A stretch of 64,000 nucleotides of DNA from Pseudomonadales bacterium. GTDB taxonomy: Bacteria > Pseudomonadota > Gammaproteobacteria > Pseudomonadales > Pseudohongiellaceae. The position numbers were made by a program, and so were the translations under genes. How positions within the stretch are numbered: position 1 is the first letter of the stretch; each line of letters begins with the position of its first letter. Location: the NCBI GenBank assembly GCA_023256835.1, contig JALREE010000167.1, positions 1,915-65,914 on the forward strand, in the 5' to 3' direction. Shown here one piece after another: positions 14,131 to 25,095 of the stretch. Below the pieces are notes generated by a model that saw only the letters and a program-made list of their open reading frames with translations, made no database searches and was not told the origin of the DNA.

Positions 14131-15144
14131 ATGACTTCAGTTTCCAAGACTTACCGCTTTTGCGTCGCTCCAATGCTCGATTGGACTGACCGTCACGAGC
14201 GGTATTTCCTGCGCCTGTTGAGCCGTCATGCCCGACTTTACACAGAAATGGTCACCACCGGCGCCTTGCTGCACGGTGATGTGCAGCGCCATCTTGCCTT
14301 TGATCCTGCCGAGCATCCTGTCGCCCTGCAATTGGGAGGCAGCAATCCTGAAGAACTGTCGCGATGTGCAGTGCTCGGGGTGGCGGCCGGCTTTGATGAG
14401 ATCAATCTCAACGTGGGTTGTCCCAGCGACCGCGTGCAGAATGGACGCTTCGGCGCGTGCCTGATGGCGGATGCTGCTCTGGTAGCCGAATGTGTGCAGG
14501 CGATGACGGATTCTGTGGCTGTTCCGGTCAGCGTCAAGTGCCGTACGGGCATCAATGCGCTGGACTCCGATGCGTTCCTTGAAAATTTCATTTCACCAGT
14601 GAAGGATGCAGGCTGCGATGTTCTGATCATCCACGCCAGGATTGCAATACTCGAAGGGCTCAGCCCGAAAGAGAATCGAGAGATACCCCCTCTCAACTAC
14701 GAGCGTGTCTTTCGCATGAAGCGAGCATTTCCAGAGCTGCCGATAGTGATCAATGGTGGCATCCGAACCCTTGAACACGCTCAAGAGATGCTATCGCAGG
14801 TGGATGGTGTCATGCTCGGTAGAGAGGTTTATCACAATCCATGGTTGCTTAGTGAGGTTGATGCCAAGTTGTTCGGGGAGAATGGCAACGTTGATTCCAG
14901 AACAGAAGTCTTGCGTCAGTTTCTGCCTTATGTGGAACGCGAACTGGCTGCCGGTACTTCGCTGCAACATATCACGCGTCATATTCTGGGAATATTTCAT
15001 GGAGTGCCAGGGGGAAAGGCCTTTCGCCGACACCTGAGCGAAAATGCGTGGCGAAAGAACGCTGGCCTCAGTGTGCTTGAGGATGCGATAGGTAGAGTCA
15101 GTGATTTTGCCTGGAAGAATGAATACGAGGACTTGCAAGAATGA
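14131..15144 (+). CDS. dusA: tRNA dihydrouridine(20/20a) synthase
   Basis: Conserved start MTSVSKTYRFCVAPMLDWTDRHERYF at 14131 (track ORF opens at 14017). TIM-barrel Dus motifs. Confidence 0.92.
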   Translation: MTSVSKTYRFCVAPMLDWTDRHERYFLRLLSRHARLYTEMVTTGALLHGDVQRHLAFDPAEHPVALQLGGSNPEELSRCAVLGVAAGFDEINLNVGCPSDRVQNGRFGACLMADAALVAECVQAMTDSVAVPVSVKCRTGINALDSDAFLENFISPVKDAGCDVLIIHARIAILEGLSPKENREIPPLNYERVFRMKRAFPELPIVINGGIRTLEHAQEMLSQVDGVMLGREVYHNPWLLSEVDAKLFGENGNVDSRTEVLRQFLPYVERELAAGTSLQHITRHILGIFHGVPGGKAFRRHLSENAWRKNAGLSVLEDAIGRVSDFAWKNEYEDLQE

Positions 15145-15614
15145 TTTCCAGCATCAGAAGATTTTTCGAGAAGAACCTGCAGATTGATGCCAGCAGTTCT
15201 CCCCAGGCCAGAGAAGCGCGCTTGCCGCTCGCAAGCGCTGCCCTGATGTTCGAGGTGCTGAAATCGGACACGTCCATCGATCGGCGGGAACTGGATGCAC
15301 TGATGCAGGTCTTGCAGGAGCGGTTCAAACTTGACGACAATAGACTTGAAGAAATCATGACGTTGGCAGAGGAAGCCTCTCACCAAGCCACCTCACTGTA
15401 TGAATTCACCAGTCTGATCAATGCCAGCTACGGTTACGAGGAGCGCGTGCAGCTGATCGAGAATCTCTGGCAGATTGCCTTTGCCGATGCACACATCGAT
15501 CGCCATGAGGACCACATCATTCGCCGGATTGCAGACCTTGTCCACGTGCGCCACAGCGACTTCATACGAACGAAACTTGCTGTCAAGGCGACGAGGGCGA
15601 ATCCGGATCAATAG
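15141..15614 (+). CDS. TerB-family (tellurite-resistance-like) protein
   Basis: 157 aa with pattern AALMFEVLKSD..IDRRE...LWQIAFADAHIDRHEDHIIRRIADLVHV, typical of the TerB family. ATGA overlap with the dusA stop. Confidence 0.75.
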   Translation: MISSIRRFFEKNLQIDASSSPQAREARLPLASAALMFEVLKSDTSIDRRELDALMQVLQERFKLDDNRLEEIMTLAEEASHQATSLYEFTSLINASYGYEERVQLIENLWQIAFADAHIDRHEDHIIRRIADLVHVRHSDFIRTKLAVKATRANPDQ

Positions 15615-16312
15615 TCGTCGAAATCGTCAGTGTAGACGCCGTCGTTGACCAGGTACTCTCGTTGCTGCAGATAGGCTTCTCGCACAAAGAGATATTCGTC
15701 CCCGGAAATGAGATTCTCCATGGTCAGGACAGAGGCACGATCATCCAGCAATCCAAGCGCGACAAGCGTATGCCTGGTCGATTCATCCTTGTGATACTGG
15801 ATCGGATTGAACAGGGTATCAAGCACCAGTCCGAACGAATCACGGACAGAGCTTGGCCCGAAGAAAGGCAGCACGACGTAAGGACCTGCCCCTATCCCCC
15901 ACCGTCCGAAAGTCTGGCCAAAGTCCTCTTCGTTCTTGCCGAGCCCTACCGATGAGGCAACATCAATGATGCCCACTACGCCCACTGTGCTATTGATGAG
16001 CAGCCTGCCGGAATCGGTTACAGCATCCTGCAGTTTCAGTTGAAGAACATTGTTGGCCAGGACGTTGACATCATCAATATTGCTGAAGAAATTGCCGACC
16101 CCCTGCCGCACGATCATGGGAACGCCATTGTTGTAGGCCACGGCAACCGGACGCAGAAACCAGCCGTCCAGCAGCTTGTTGAACTGATAGACACGCATGT
16201 TGGTGCTTTCCCACGGATCATTGGCGAGCACGCTTGTGCTGCACAGAAGCAAGGGGAGCATCAGGACATTTCGCACGATCTTTACCACGTAATTCTCGTT
16301 CATGGTGTTCAT
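15608..16312 (-). CDS. mlaA: phospholipid-transport outer-membrane lipoprotein MlaA/VacJ
   Basis: 234 aa with lipobox LLLCS, then NDPWE..N..V..FN and GPYVVLPFFGPSSVRD motifs of the VacJ family. Confidence 0.9.
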   Translation of the reverse strand: MNTMNENYVVKIVRNVLMLPLLLCSTSVLANDPWESTNMRVYQFNKLLDGWFLRPVAVAYNNGVPMIVRQGVGNFFSNIDDVNVLANNVLQLKLQDAVTDSGRLLINSTVGVVGIIDVASSVGLGKNEEDFGQTFGRWGIGAGPYVVLPFFGPSSVRDSFGLVLDTLFNPIQYHKDESTRHTLVALGLLDDRASVLTMENLISGDEYLFVREAYLQQREYLVNDGVYTDDFDDY

Positions 16313-16542
16313 ATCAGAATTCGGCGCGCATTATGCGCCATGCCTACTCCAGTTCCTAGCCATTGCGGCATTTTATCTCCCCCAACAGCCGAGTCTCGCC
16401 CCCCTGAACAGGGCGGTTTCACCCCATTGATGCGGGCGGATTGTGTCATTTCAAGTGAGTGGACCCCGTGCGGCAATCCACAAAACAGCAAGAAGCACGT
16501 TATGCAGCCAGCTTTCTCACCAGCGGCAAGGTTTCTTTGGAT

Positions 16543-19500
16543 TCAATGCTGACCACAAAGCCGTTCCAATTCGTCCAGGGCCCGCTCAACGCGTTTCTCG
16601 GAAACGGGAATGCGCGTTCCCAGTGCCTGGGCAAACAACGACACGCGCAACTCTTCCAACAGCCAGCAACTGTCATCCTGGGTCCGAACAGATTCGGAGC
16701 ATTGCGCCAGAATTTCCTGTCGTCGGGTCATCAGTCGTTGCAGAATCTTCACGGATTCCCCATCACGCGTCAGATTGCCGCTGAGTTTGTCCAGTCGTAC
16801 CTGGATGGCCTGCAGGTAGCGCGGCAACTCCGGCAGATGACGCGCTGGCGTCTTCTGAAGATAGCCAGGATGGAGCATGCCCTGCAGCTGCAGATGAATA
16901 TCCTTCGCAGCGGGTTCGAAGTGTGCGCCCTTCAGGCTACCCAATCGTCGATTGACGTCAAAATGCAGGTCGATGATGCGCGTCAGCAAGGATTCGAAGC
17001 GACCCGCCACTTCAAGCAGACGCGGCTTACCCTGCAAGAGCAGTTTCTCGAATGCTTCCCGTGTACGGGGAATCGGGCAATCCTCCAGATCGAAGGCCTG
17101 GCGCACTATCCAATTCAGTCCCTCACGCTGTATCTCGGCCGCCGTGTGCAGGGCGAGTACCGTCAACTTGCCTGAGAATGCCTTCAATCGATTCTGTATC
17201 AGTGTCTTCTGCTGCGGACTTCGAATGCATGCGAGACGGCAGAGACCTTGACGGGTGAGTCGCTCAGCAATGCCCGGGGCATCCTGCAGGATCAGCGCGA
17301 CAGAATCCTCCTTGTCCACCAAGGAAGGATAACGTCTGAAACCAGTCTCCGGATTACACAGCACTGATTCCGGAAAATCACCGAAACTCCAGTCCTTGAG
17401 CCCCTGCATTTCCATCTCATGCGTTGTGGCGCTCGAGAGCGATGTGACCGCTGTGGGCGCGAATTGCTTATGCAGTTCAGAAAGTGACTGGCTGCAGGCC
17501 AGTGTCACTCCGTTCTCGTCGAGTACGCGCAGCCACGGTTGCAGGTGAGCAGGCAATGCCTGCAGATCAAAGTCCTTCTCCTCCAGACGAATCCCTCTGG
17601 AGACTCGCGCATAGTCGCAAAGGCGCTGCAGCAATCCTGCCGAGGCCTTGCCCTTGGCGGTATCGGCATGCCAGCGCAAGAAACCCTCAATGAAGTCTGG
17701 CAAGGGAACGAATTGCTTGCGCAAATGCTTCGGCAGATTCTTCATGGCCAGCGTGCTGCGTTCTGCCAGTGTGCCCGGAACTGCCCAGTCGAGATCGACT
17801 TGGGTCATCATCGACAAAATGCCCAGAGGGACGTCGACCGTGGCCCCATCGCCCTCTGTCCCCGGCTCGAAGCGGTAGGCGATGTTCAGCTGGTTTTTTC
17901 GCACGGACAAGTTATCGGGGAATTCCAGCCTGAGCTTTTCAGTGACTTCGTCTGCAACGATATCCTCGCGACTCAGCTCCAGACCGCTCTTGCCGTGCTG
18001 TTTCTGTTGTTGACGAGCCCAGTTTTCCAGCGACCTGGTGTCGCAGATGCCAGGAGGGATCCGACTGGCAAAGAAATCGTGCAAACGCTCTTCGCTGAGC
18101 ATGATCTCCGGTCGCCGCAGCTTTTCCTCTTCCTTGCGAATCTCTGCAAGCAACGCCAGATTGTGTCGATGAAACGGGGCCCGCGTGTCCAGCTGCATGG
18201 CAGCAAGTCCTTCACGCAGGAATATCTCGCGTGCAGCAACAGGATCAATTGCCGCGTACGCCACGCGCCTGCGCTCGATCAGGGTGATTCCGAACAGGCT
18301 TATCCTGTCCCAGGCCATTACCTGCCCCCTGCTCTTCTCCCAATGGGGTTCAGAGTACTCGTGCCGCAGCAATCCTGTTGCGGCATCCAGTACCCACTCG
18401 GGCTGGATGCTGGCAGCCAGTGTGGCATACAGACGGCTGGTCTCCATAAGCTCGGCTGTCACCAGCCATTTTGCGCCACGGCGCGCTAACGAAGAGGTCG
18501 GAAACAAGGCAAACTTGCGCCCTCTTGTTCCAAGATACAGGCCGTCTTCCGTCTTCACGCCGATCTGATTCAGTGATCCACGAATGATCGCGCGGTGAAT
18601 GGCTTCGTAATCAAGTTCCTGAACTTCCACCGCCACATCCGCCCGCCGATTCTCCCTGAAGCCTAGCTCTTGGCAGGTCAGGTGCAACTGCCGATGCGTC
18701 TCACGCCATTCGCGCATGCGCAGCGGAGAAAGAAAATGCCGGCGACAATAGTCCTTGAGCGCAGAATTGCTCAATGCCTGGCGCTGCTTCTCGAATTCCG
18801 ACCAAAGCAGAATCCACGAAAGAAAGTCAGAGTCCTTGTGTGCAAAGAGCGCATGCTTTTCCCGCGCGGCCTGTTTCATTTCCGCCGGATACTCCCGCGG
18901 GTCCTGCACGCTGAGCGCACTGACGATGATGAGAAGTTCCTGCAGGCAACGCCGTGCATCGGCTTCGATCAACATGCTGCCCAGTCGGGGGTCCACCGGG
19001 AGCGCTGCCAGCAGTCGGCCGGCATGGGTGATCTGTCGCTGTGCATCCAGAGCGCCTATCTCTTGCAGCAGTTTCAGCCCGTCGTTGATGGCCCGCCGGT
19101 CTGGCTTGTCCAGAAAGGGAAATTCGTCGATGTCACCGAGTCCCAGCGCCAGCATCTGCAGGATTACGGCGCTCAGATTCGTGCGCTGAATCTCCGGTTC
19201 CGTGAATGCTGGTCTGGCGGCGAAGTCCTCGGCTGAATAGAGACGAAAGCACACCCCCGGACCCACGCGTCCGCAACGACCGGCCCGCTGATTGGCACTG
19301 GCCTGGGAGACAGGTTCGATCGGCAGACGCTGCACCTTGCTCTGCACACTGTAACGGCTGATGCGCGCCAGTCCGGAATCGATGACATAGGCGATCCCCG
19401 GGACCGTGATGGACGTCTCGGCCACATTGGTCGCCAGAACGACCTTGCGCCCTTTGAGCGGCAGAAAAATCCTCTGCTGCTCGGCAGGAGTGAGCCGGGC

Positions 19501-20472
19501 GTAAAGCGGCAGGATCTCGGCATGACGCAAGTCCGCCTTGCGCAGGGCCAGAGCGACATCACGGATCTCCCGCTCGCCACTGAGAAACACCAGCACATCA
19601 CGCAATGCTGGAGGGTGCGAACCCTCGATCTTCTCTATCTCTCGCAAGGCGTCGACAATCGAACGCGCAAGCACATCCTCCGAGTGTTCTCCGGCATCTC
19701 CAACCGGGCGATACAGAATCTCCACTGGATAGGTGCGACCGGCGACTGCCACAATTGGAGCATTGCGAAAGTGGGCTGAGAATTTCTCGACGTCAATGGT
19801 GGCGGAGGTGATGATGAGCTTCAGGTCGGGACGCTTGACCAGCAGTTGCGAGAGACAGCCAAGCAGGAAATCGATGTTCAGACTGCGCTCGTGCGCTTCA
19901 TCGACGATCAGGACTTCGTAACGATTGAGGTAGGGATCGTGCTGGATTTCCTGCAGCAGGATTCCGTCAGTCATGAGTTTGACCAGCGTGTCGGGGCTGG
20001 TATGGTCCGCGAAGCGCACCTGGTAACCGACTATGCCGCCGAGCGGTACGGCAAGTTCATCGGCGATGCGCGCTGCAACAGCGCGTGCCGCCAGTCGTCT
20101 GGGCTGAGTGTGGCCGATCATGCCGCGCACTCCCAGGCCGAGTTCCAGACAGATCTTGGGCAGTTGGGTAGTCTTGCCAGAGCCAGTATCACCCGCTATG
20201 ACAACGACCTGATGATCGCGAATCGCCGCCGCAATATCGTCGCGCCGCTCCGAAACAGGCAAATTCTCCGGGTACCTGATGGCGGGCACGAGACGGGCTC
20301 GCGACTGTGTCAATGACTGCGACACCTGGATACTTTCCCGCAGCTTCTGCTCGAGCACCGGATACTGCTTCGATCCGGGGCTGGTGCGGCGAAGCTGTCG
20401 CAGCAGCGTGGAAAGGCGATGCCTGTCACGCGTGGCACATGTCTGCAACATTGTTTCCATGGAGTCCTGCAC
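16543..20472 (-). CDS. hrpA: ATP-dependent RNA helicase HrpA
   Basis: 1309 aa with DEAH-box helicase motifs (GDTGSGKTTQLPK, VDEAHERS) plus the long HrpA C-terminal extension. Confidence 0.95.
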   Translation of the reverse strand: MQDSMETMLQTCATRDRHRLSTLLRQLRRTSPGSKQYPVLEQKLRESIQVSQSLTQSRARLVPAIRYPENLPVSERRDDIAAAIRDHQVVVIAGDTGSGKTTQLPKICLELGLGVRGMIGHTQPRRLAARAVAARIADELAVPLGGIVGYQVRFADHTSPDTLVKLMTDGILLQEIQHDPYLNRYEVLIVDEAHERSLNIDFLLGCLSQLLVKRPDLKLIITSATIDVEKFSAHFRNAPIVAVAGRTYPVEILYRPVGDAGEHSEDVLARSIVDALREIEKIEGSHPPALRDVLVFLSGEREIRDVALALRKADLRHAEILPLYARLTPAEQQRIFLPLKGRKVVLATNVAETSITVPGIAYVIDSGLARISRYSVQSKVQRLPIEPVSQASANQRAGRCGRVGPGVCFRLYSAEDFAARPAFTEPEIQRTNLSAVILQMLALGLGDIDEFPFLDKPDRRAINDGLKLLQEIGALDAQRQITHAGRLLAALPVDPRLGSMLIEADARRCLQELLIIVSALSVQDPREYPAEMKQAAREKHALFAHKDSDFLSWILLWSEFEKQRQALSNSALKDYCRRHFLSPLRMREWRETHRQLHLTCQELGFRENRRADVAVEVQELDYEAIHRAIIRGSLNQIGVKTEDGLYLGTRGRKFALFPTSSLARRGAKWLVTAELMETSRLYATLAASIQPEWVLDAATGLLRHEYSEPHWEKSRGQVMAWDRISLFGITLIERRRVAYAAIDPVAAREIFLREGLAAMQLDTRAPFHRHNLALLAEIRKEEEKLRRPEIMLSEERLHDFFASRIPPGICDTRSLENWARQQQKQHGKSGLELSREDIVADEVTEKLRLEFPDNLSVRKNQLNIAYRFEPGTEGDGATVDVPLGILSMMTQVDLDWAVPGTLAERSTLAMKNLPKHLRKQFVPLPDFIEGFLRWHADTAKGKASAGLLQRLCDYARVSRGIRLEEKDFDLQALPAHLQPWLRVLDENGVTLACSQSLSELHKQFAPTAVTSLSSATTHEMEMQGLKDWSFGDFPESVLCNPETGFRRYPSLVDKEDSVALILQDAPGIAERLTRQGLCRLACIRSPQQKTLIQNRLKAFSGKLTVLALHTAAEIQREGLNWIVRQAFDLEDCPIPRTREAFEKLLLQGKPRLLEVAGRFESLLTRIIDLHFDVNRRLGSLKGAHFEPAAKDIHLQLQGMLHPGYLQKTPARHLPELPRYLQAIQVRLDKLSGNLTRDGESVKILQRLMTRRQEILAQCSESVRTQDDSCWLLEELRVSLFAQALGTRIPVSEKRVERALDELERLCGQH

Positions 20473-20498
20473 AGGCCCGATTTCCTGCTGTCGGCGCC

Positions 20499-22178
20499 TC
20501 AGCGCGCGCTCGCGGCCTGGCGGTGTGCCATTTCCTGCTCACGCAGCTCGCGTCGCAGGATCTTGCCTACATTGGACTTCGGCAGATCCTTCACGAACAC
20601 GATTTCGCGCGGAACCTTGTAGGCCGTCAGATTCTCCCTGCAGTAGGCTTCCACCGCGGAGGCATCCAGGGCAGGGTCACGTGCCACGATGAACAGCTTC
20701 ACCGCCTCGCCCGTACGATCACTCGGCACCCCGATGACAGCGCACTCGAACACGCCCAGGTGGGCATTGACGACTTCCTCGACCTCGCTTGGAAATACAT
20801 TGAATCCGGACACGATGACCATGTCCTTCTTGCGATCGACGATGCGAACGTAACCGTCAGCATCTATGGTCGCGTAATCGCCTGTCTTGAACCAGCCTTC
20901 TGGCGTTATCGCTTCAGCCGTCGCCTGAGGGTTCTGCCAATACCCTTTCATGACCTGAGGGCCACGCACCCAGAGCTCGCCCTTGTCGCCTGTGCCGCCT
21001 ACCCTGCCGGCATCATCCACAACCTGCAGGTGTGTATCGGGGACGGCGGGGCCCACCGTGCCAAGCTTGACCTGACCAGGACGATTGACCGTCACGACGG
21101 GCGAGCATTCTGTCAGACCATAACCCTCGAAAACTTCGCATCCGGTTATGCGAGTCCATTCCTGTGCCACGTTCACTGTGAGCGCCATGCCGCCAGCACC
21201 AGCGAAGCGCATGTCACTGAAATCCACCTTGCCGATGTCCTTGTGACGACACAAGGCGAGGTACAGCGTATTGATGCCGACAAACCCATTGGCCTTCACT
21301 TTTCGCATCAGTGCGATCAAGCCATCAATGTCGCGCGGGTTTGGAACCAGCACCGTGTGATTGCCCGCAATGATCATTGTCAGGCAGTGAAACATGAAGG
21401 CATAGGTGTGATACAGCGGCAGTGGGCCAATGATGGTATCGCAGCCATCCTTGATCACGTCCTTGCTGACTGCGCGCAACTGCATCATGTTGGACAACAG
21501 ATTCGCGTGGGTAAGCATGGCCCCCTTGGCGACGCCGGTGGTGCCGCCCGTATAGAGAATGATGGCAGTGTCGGTGCCAGAATCCCGCGAAGCAACGGGT
21601 GCACTCGTGCGACCGGGAGCCACGACTGTGCGCCAGGCAATCGCACTTGGCAGTCGGTAAGCAGGCACGAGTTTCTTGACATAGCGCACGCCAAGATTGA
21701 TCGCCAGGCGGCGCAGACCCGGCAGCATGTCACCCAGTTCGGTGACAATCACGATCCGGATGTCTGTCTCCGGCAGAACTTGTTCCAGTTTGTCGCAGAA
21801 GTTCGCAAGAATGACGATGGCTTTGACTCCGGAGTCCTTGAACTGGTGAGCCATCTCGCGCGCTGTGTAGAGCGGATTGGTATTCACCAGCACCAGGCCC
21901 GCCTTCATGGCGCCCAGTGCGGCTACTGGAAACTGCAGGATATTGGGCAATTGCAGGGCAATCCTGTCGCCTGGCTGAAGCTCAGTCTGTGCCATCAGGA
22001 ATTGACAGAAGGCATCAGTGTGCCGCTGAAGATCCCCGTAGCTGATCGTGTGCCCTAACGCCGTGAACGCAGGTCTATTGCCATAGGTCTGAAAGGCGTG
22101 TTCGTAGACCTCAGGCACGCGTGCAAAACGTGTCGGGTCAAGATCACCGGTCAATTCACTCTGCTGCCTGTCAGACAT
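20499..22178 (-). CDS. fadD: long-chain-fatty-acid--CoA ligase
   Basis: AMP-binding motif ILYTGGTTGVAKGAMLTHANL and C-terminal GKILRRELR. Track ORF starts at a TTG (22220). ATG at 22176-22178 has a GGAGAG Shine-Dalgarno. Confidence 0.88.
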   Translation of the reverse strand: MSDRQQSELTGDLDPTRFARVPEVYEHAFQTYGNRPAFTALGHTISYGDLQRHTDAFCQFLMAQTELQPGDRIALQLPNILQFPVAALGAMKAGLVLVNTNPLYTAREMAHQFKDSGVKAIVILANFCDKLEQVLPETDIRIVIVTELGDMLPGLRRLAINLGVRYVKKLVPAYRLPSAIAWRTVVAPGRTSAPVASRDSGTDTAIILYTGGTTGVAKGAMLTHANLLSNMMQLRAVSKDVIKDGCDTIIGPLPLYHTYAFMFHCLTMIIAGNHTVLVPNPRDIDGLIALMRKVKANGFVGINTLYLALCRHKDIGKVDFSDMRFAGAGGMALTVNVAQEWTRITGCEVFEGYGLTECSPVVTVNRPGQVKLGTVGPAVPDTHLQVVDDAGRVGGTGDKGELWVRGPQVMKGYWQNPQATAEAITPEGWFKTGDYATIDADGYVRIVDRKKDMVIVSGFNVFPSEVEEVVNAHLGVFECAVIGVPSDRTGEAVKLFIVARDPALDASAVEAYCRENLTAYKVPREIVFVKDLPKSNVGKILRRELREQEMAHRQAASAR

Positions 22179-22216
22179 GGCCTTTCTCTCCGTTGTATCT
22201 GATGCCTGCAATCGAT

Positions 22217-22552
22217 TCAATTCCGTACAAGTCGCCGGATGACCCGCATGAACAGGGCGATGAAAACCGCCCCGATCACGGACATGCTGAGGGGTACCAA
22301 TGCGCGCACGAATGCGGTGCCCCCTTCAGTCACCATGTCCAGCAGGACCACCATCAAGGCGGGTGCCAGCAGATTGCTGTCCGGACTCACATACCAGGGT
22401 GTGAACATCACGGCCAGCAGGATCGCGCGCAGCGAATGGGCCAATGGCTTGAACCGGATCAGTCCCGTAAATCGATGGAATATCGTGTAGCAGACGATGC
22501 CGCAGGCGATGTAGATGGCCCAGCCGATGATGTAATCGTAGATGTCTAGCAT
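22217..22552 (-). CDS. small multi-pass membrane protein, unknown function
   Basis: About 111 aa from ATG 22550-22552 (MLDIYDYIIGWAIYIACGIVCY...). Three or four hydrophobic helices. Overlaps the ycgN stop by 7 nt. The upstream part of the track ORF is Arg-rich and non-protein-like. Confidence 0.55.
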   Translation of the reverse strand: MLDIYDYIIGWAIYIACGIVCYTIFHRFTGLIRFKPLAHSLRAILLAVMFTPWYVSPDSNLLAPALMVVLLDMVTEGGTAFVRALVPLSMSVIGAVFIALFMRVIRRLVRN

Positions 22553-22992
22553 GCTGCGCTCACCCAGCGAATGATGTGTTCCTGAAGACCGTCCTCGTGC
22601 ACATACTCTTCTGAAACAACCTTCCCTGTCACGCTGATCTGCTCTTGCCGCATGGCGTCTCGACTGCCCGTGAGCAAGGGATGCCATGCGGGCAGCGGCT
22701 TGCCTTCGAGCCGCAATCGGTAGGCGCAGGTGTACGGAATCCAGTGCAGTTGCGGCAGATTCTCCATGTTCAGCACCAGACAGTCAGGCACCAGCTTCTG
22801 TCGTCGGCTGTAGGCCTGGCAGCGGCACTTGTTCTGCTCGAGATAGCGGCAAACAACGCGCGTGTAATGCACTAGCTCGGTCTTTGTGTCGATGAGCTTC
22901 TTGAGACAACAGCGACCACAGCCATCACACAGCGCTTCCCATTGTTCCTTGTCCAGTTGTTCCAGAGGCAATTCCCAGAATCGTTCAGTCAT
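22546..22992 (-). CDS. ycgN: YcgN-family (UPF0260) cysteine-cluster protein
   Basis: 148 aa with WEALCDGCGRCCLKKL and VVCRYL..NKCRCQAY motifs of the YcgN family. Confidence 0.85.
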   Translation of the reverse strand: MTERFWELPLEQLDKEQWEALCDGCGRCCLKKLIDTKTELVHYTRVVCRYLEQNKCRCQAYSRRQKLVPDCLVLNMENLPQLHWIPYTCAYRLRLEGKPLPAWHPLLTGSRDAMRQEQISVTGKVVSEEYVHEDGLQEHIIRWVSAAC

Positions 22993-24148
22993 GAGTTGGC
23001 TCCTGCAACTGCAGGATCGCGACTAACGCCTTGCCCAGCAATTCACGTCTCCAGCCCTGCATCTGCTGCGGCCACACCAGATGAGCTGCCGCCGTGGACT
23101 CGAGAAGCAGTTCCTGCAATTGCTTCTTGCGTGCCAGTACCTCCGGCGCAATGCCCAGTGTTCCGGCGACTTCGGCGACCTTTTCCTGCAGTCGTTTCAG
23201 CATGGTGCGTTGTGCCATAGTCAGCGGCTGATCCAGCAACTGTGGAACAGGAAGTTCGCCCTCGTGCGGTGCCGCAATGACTTGCAACACGTCCTGCGCG
23301 AAACGTTGCTGCAATTGTCGCGGCAATTCCGGGATTTTCAGCAGTTCGGACAGTGCCGCCGGACGACGCTCCGCCAGTGCGATCAGATCAGCGTCACGCG
23401 CAATCCAGCTGCGAGGCTTGTTCTTGTTGCGGGCAATACGCTCACGCCAGGCACAAAGTCGCTGCAGTGTTGCCAGTTGCATGCCATTGAGCCGCCAAGA
23501 CATGCCAAGGCCCTGGTAGTACTGATTCCATTCTTCGGCACCACTCTCTGCAGAAGCATTCAGCACCATCTGCTCGAACTCCTGTCGCGCCCACTCCGTG
23601 CGGCCCGTGGTGACCAGACGCTCTTGCAGAAAAGAAGTCATTTGCGGCATGCAGGCGACATCGAGTGCAGCGTAGGCGAGCTGCTCGGCACTGAGGGGTC
23701 GCTGCAGCCAGTCCGAGCGCGTCTGATCCTTGCTGACCTCGAATCCCAGTATTTCCTTCACGAGATTCTGGTAACTGATGCTGAATCCGAAACCAAGGAA
23801 AGCCGCAGCCCGCTGAGTATCGAACAAGGGCCTGGGGACTGTGCCAAAAAACTCCTTGAACACCACGAGATCCTCAGAGCATGAATGCAGAGACTTGAGC
23901 ACTGTCGGAGCCATGAGGATGACCTGCAGGGGTTCCCACTGCGTGATGGACAGGGGGTCGAGCAGATAATTGGCATGTCCGTCGCAGACTTGTATCAGTC
24001 CGAGACGGGGATGGAAGGTATCCACTCGGATGAATTCCGTATCCAGCGCCAGAATGGGCGATAGTTTCCAGCGCTCGCACAAGCTGGCCAGCGTGTCGTT
24101 ATCCAGAACCAGAGTGTGTTCAGTGAGTGCGCTCAGCGAGACAGTCAT
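22985..24148 (-). CDS. rnd: ribonuclease D
   Basis: 387 aa with DEDD exonuclease motif [13 protein letters not shown], followed by an HRDC-like region. Confidence 0.92.
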   Translation of the reverse strand: MTVSLSALTEHTLVLDNDTLASLCERWKLSPILALDTEFIRVDTFHPRLGLIQVCDGHANYLLDPLSITQWEPLQVILMAPTVLKSLHSCSEDLVVFKEFFGTVPRPLFDTQRAAAFLGFGFSISYQNLVKEILGFEVSKDQTRSDWLQRPLSAEQLAYAALDVACMPQMTSFLQERLVTTGRTEWARQEFEQMVLNASAESGAEEWNQYYQGLGMSWRLNGMQLATLQRLCAWRERIARNKNKPRSWIARDADLIALAERRPAALSELLKIPELPRQLQQRFAQDVLQVIAAPHEGELPVPQLLDQPLTMAQRTMLKRLQEKVAEVAGTLGIAPEVLARKKQLQELLLESTAAAHLVWPQQMQGWRRELLGKALVAILQLQEPTHD

Positions 24149-24750
24149 GATGAGTGCACTATCTGGCGGCCCTTGAAGGCATGATTCAAGGTGCTGCCAT
24201 CGACGAACTCCAGTTCTCCGCCGACCGGCACGCCATGAGCGATGCGGCTGATGACAAGCTTGAAGCCCTTGATCTGCTCAGCGATGTAATAGGCAGTTGC
24301 CTCGCCTTCCACTGTAGGATTGCAGGCCAGGATGACCTCACTGATCCCGCCTTCTCCGAGACGCGTCAACAATTCGGGAATGCCCAGCTGATCAGGCCCG
24401 ACTCCATCGATCGGCGACAGATGTCCCATGAGAACGAAATATACCCCCCTGTACCCGCCCATCTGTTCAATGGCGTGCACATCCGTCGGTGACTCGACGA
24501 TGCACATCAGAGAGTGGTTGCGGCCAGGATTGGCGCAGATGAGGCATTCCGCGTCCTCAGTCAGTGTGCGACAGCGACTGCAATGGCCTACTCGGCTCAA
24601 AGCTTCTTCCAGGACAAGACTCAGATGCCGTCCTCCCGCACGGTTTCTCTCCAACAGGTAGTACGCCATGCGCTGGGCGGATTTGGGCCCCACGCCAGGA
24701 AGGCAGCGGAAGGCTTCTACCAGTTTTTCAATCAGCGGGCTGGAAAGCAT
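24145..24750 (-). CDS. recR: recombination protein RecR
   Basis: 201 aa with [17 protein letters not shown] helix-hairpin-helix, C4 zinc finger and Toprim domain. Confidence 0.96.
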   Translation of the reverse strand: MLSSPLIEKLVEAFRCLPGVGPKSAQRMAYYLLERNRAGGRHLSLVLEEALSRVGHCSRCRTLTEDAECLICANPGRNHSLMCIVESPTDVHAIEQMGGYRGVYFVLMGHLSPIDGVGPDQLGIPELLTRLGEGGISEVILACNPTVEGEATAYYIAEQIKGFKLVISRIAHGVPVGGELEFVDGSTLNHAFKGRQIVHSS

Positions 24751-24773
24751 GAAGGCAAACTCGCGACCAGGTG

Positions 24774-25094
24774 TCAGAATGGAAACTTGAAGCCATCCGG
24801 AAGCTTGATTCCGGAAGCCATGCCTGCGAGAGAAGTCTGATTGCGCTCTGCCAGCTTCTTCACAGCATCGTTGAACGCAGCTGCGATCAGATCCTCGATG
24901 ATGTCCTTGTCCTCACTCAGCAAGTCCGAATCGAGCTCCACCTTTTGCACATCGTGGTGCCCGTTCATGTGAACGCGCACCAGACCCGCGCCGGATTCGC
25001 CGACTAGCACGAGGCGTGCGGCTTCCTTCTGCGCCGCCTGCATCTGTTCCTGCATTTGTCGCGCCTGTTTCAGAATCTCGTTGAAATCGGTCAT
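24774..25094 (-). CDS. ybaB: nucleoid-associated protein YbaB/EbfC
   Basis: 106 aa in the conserved dnaX-ybaB-recR arrangement. [11 protein letters not shown] motif. Confidence 0.93.
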   Translation of the reverse strand: MTDFNEILKQARQMQEQMQAAQKEAARLVLVGESGAGLVRVHMNGHHDVQKVELDSDLLSEDKDIIEDLIAAAFNDAVKKLAERNQTSLAGMASGIKLPDGFKFPF

Positions 25095-25095
25095 C

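Noticed and set aside
20307-22058. 583-aa plus-strand ORF
   Set aside because: Antisense to fadD, which has clear AMP-binding motifs. No motifs of its own.
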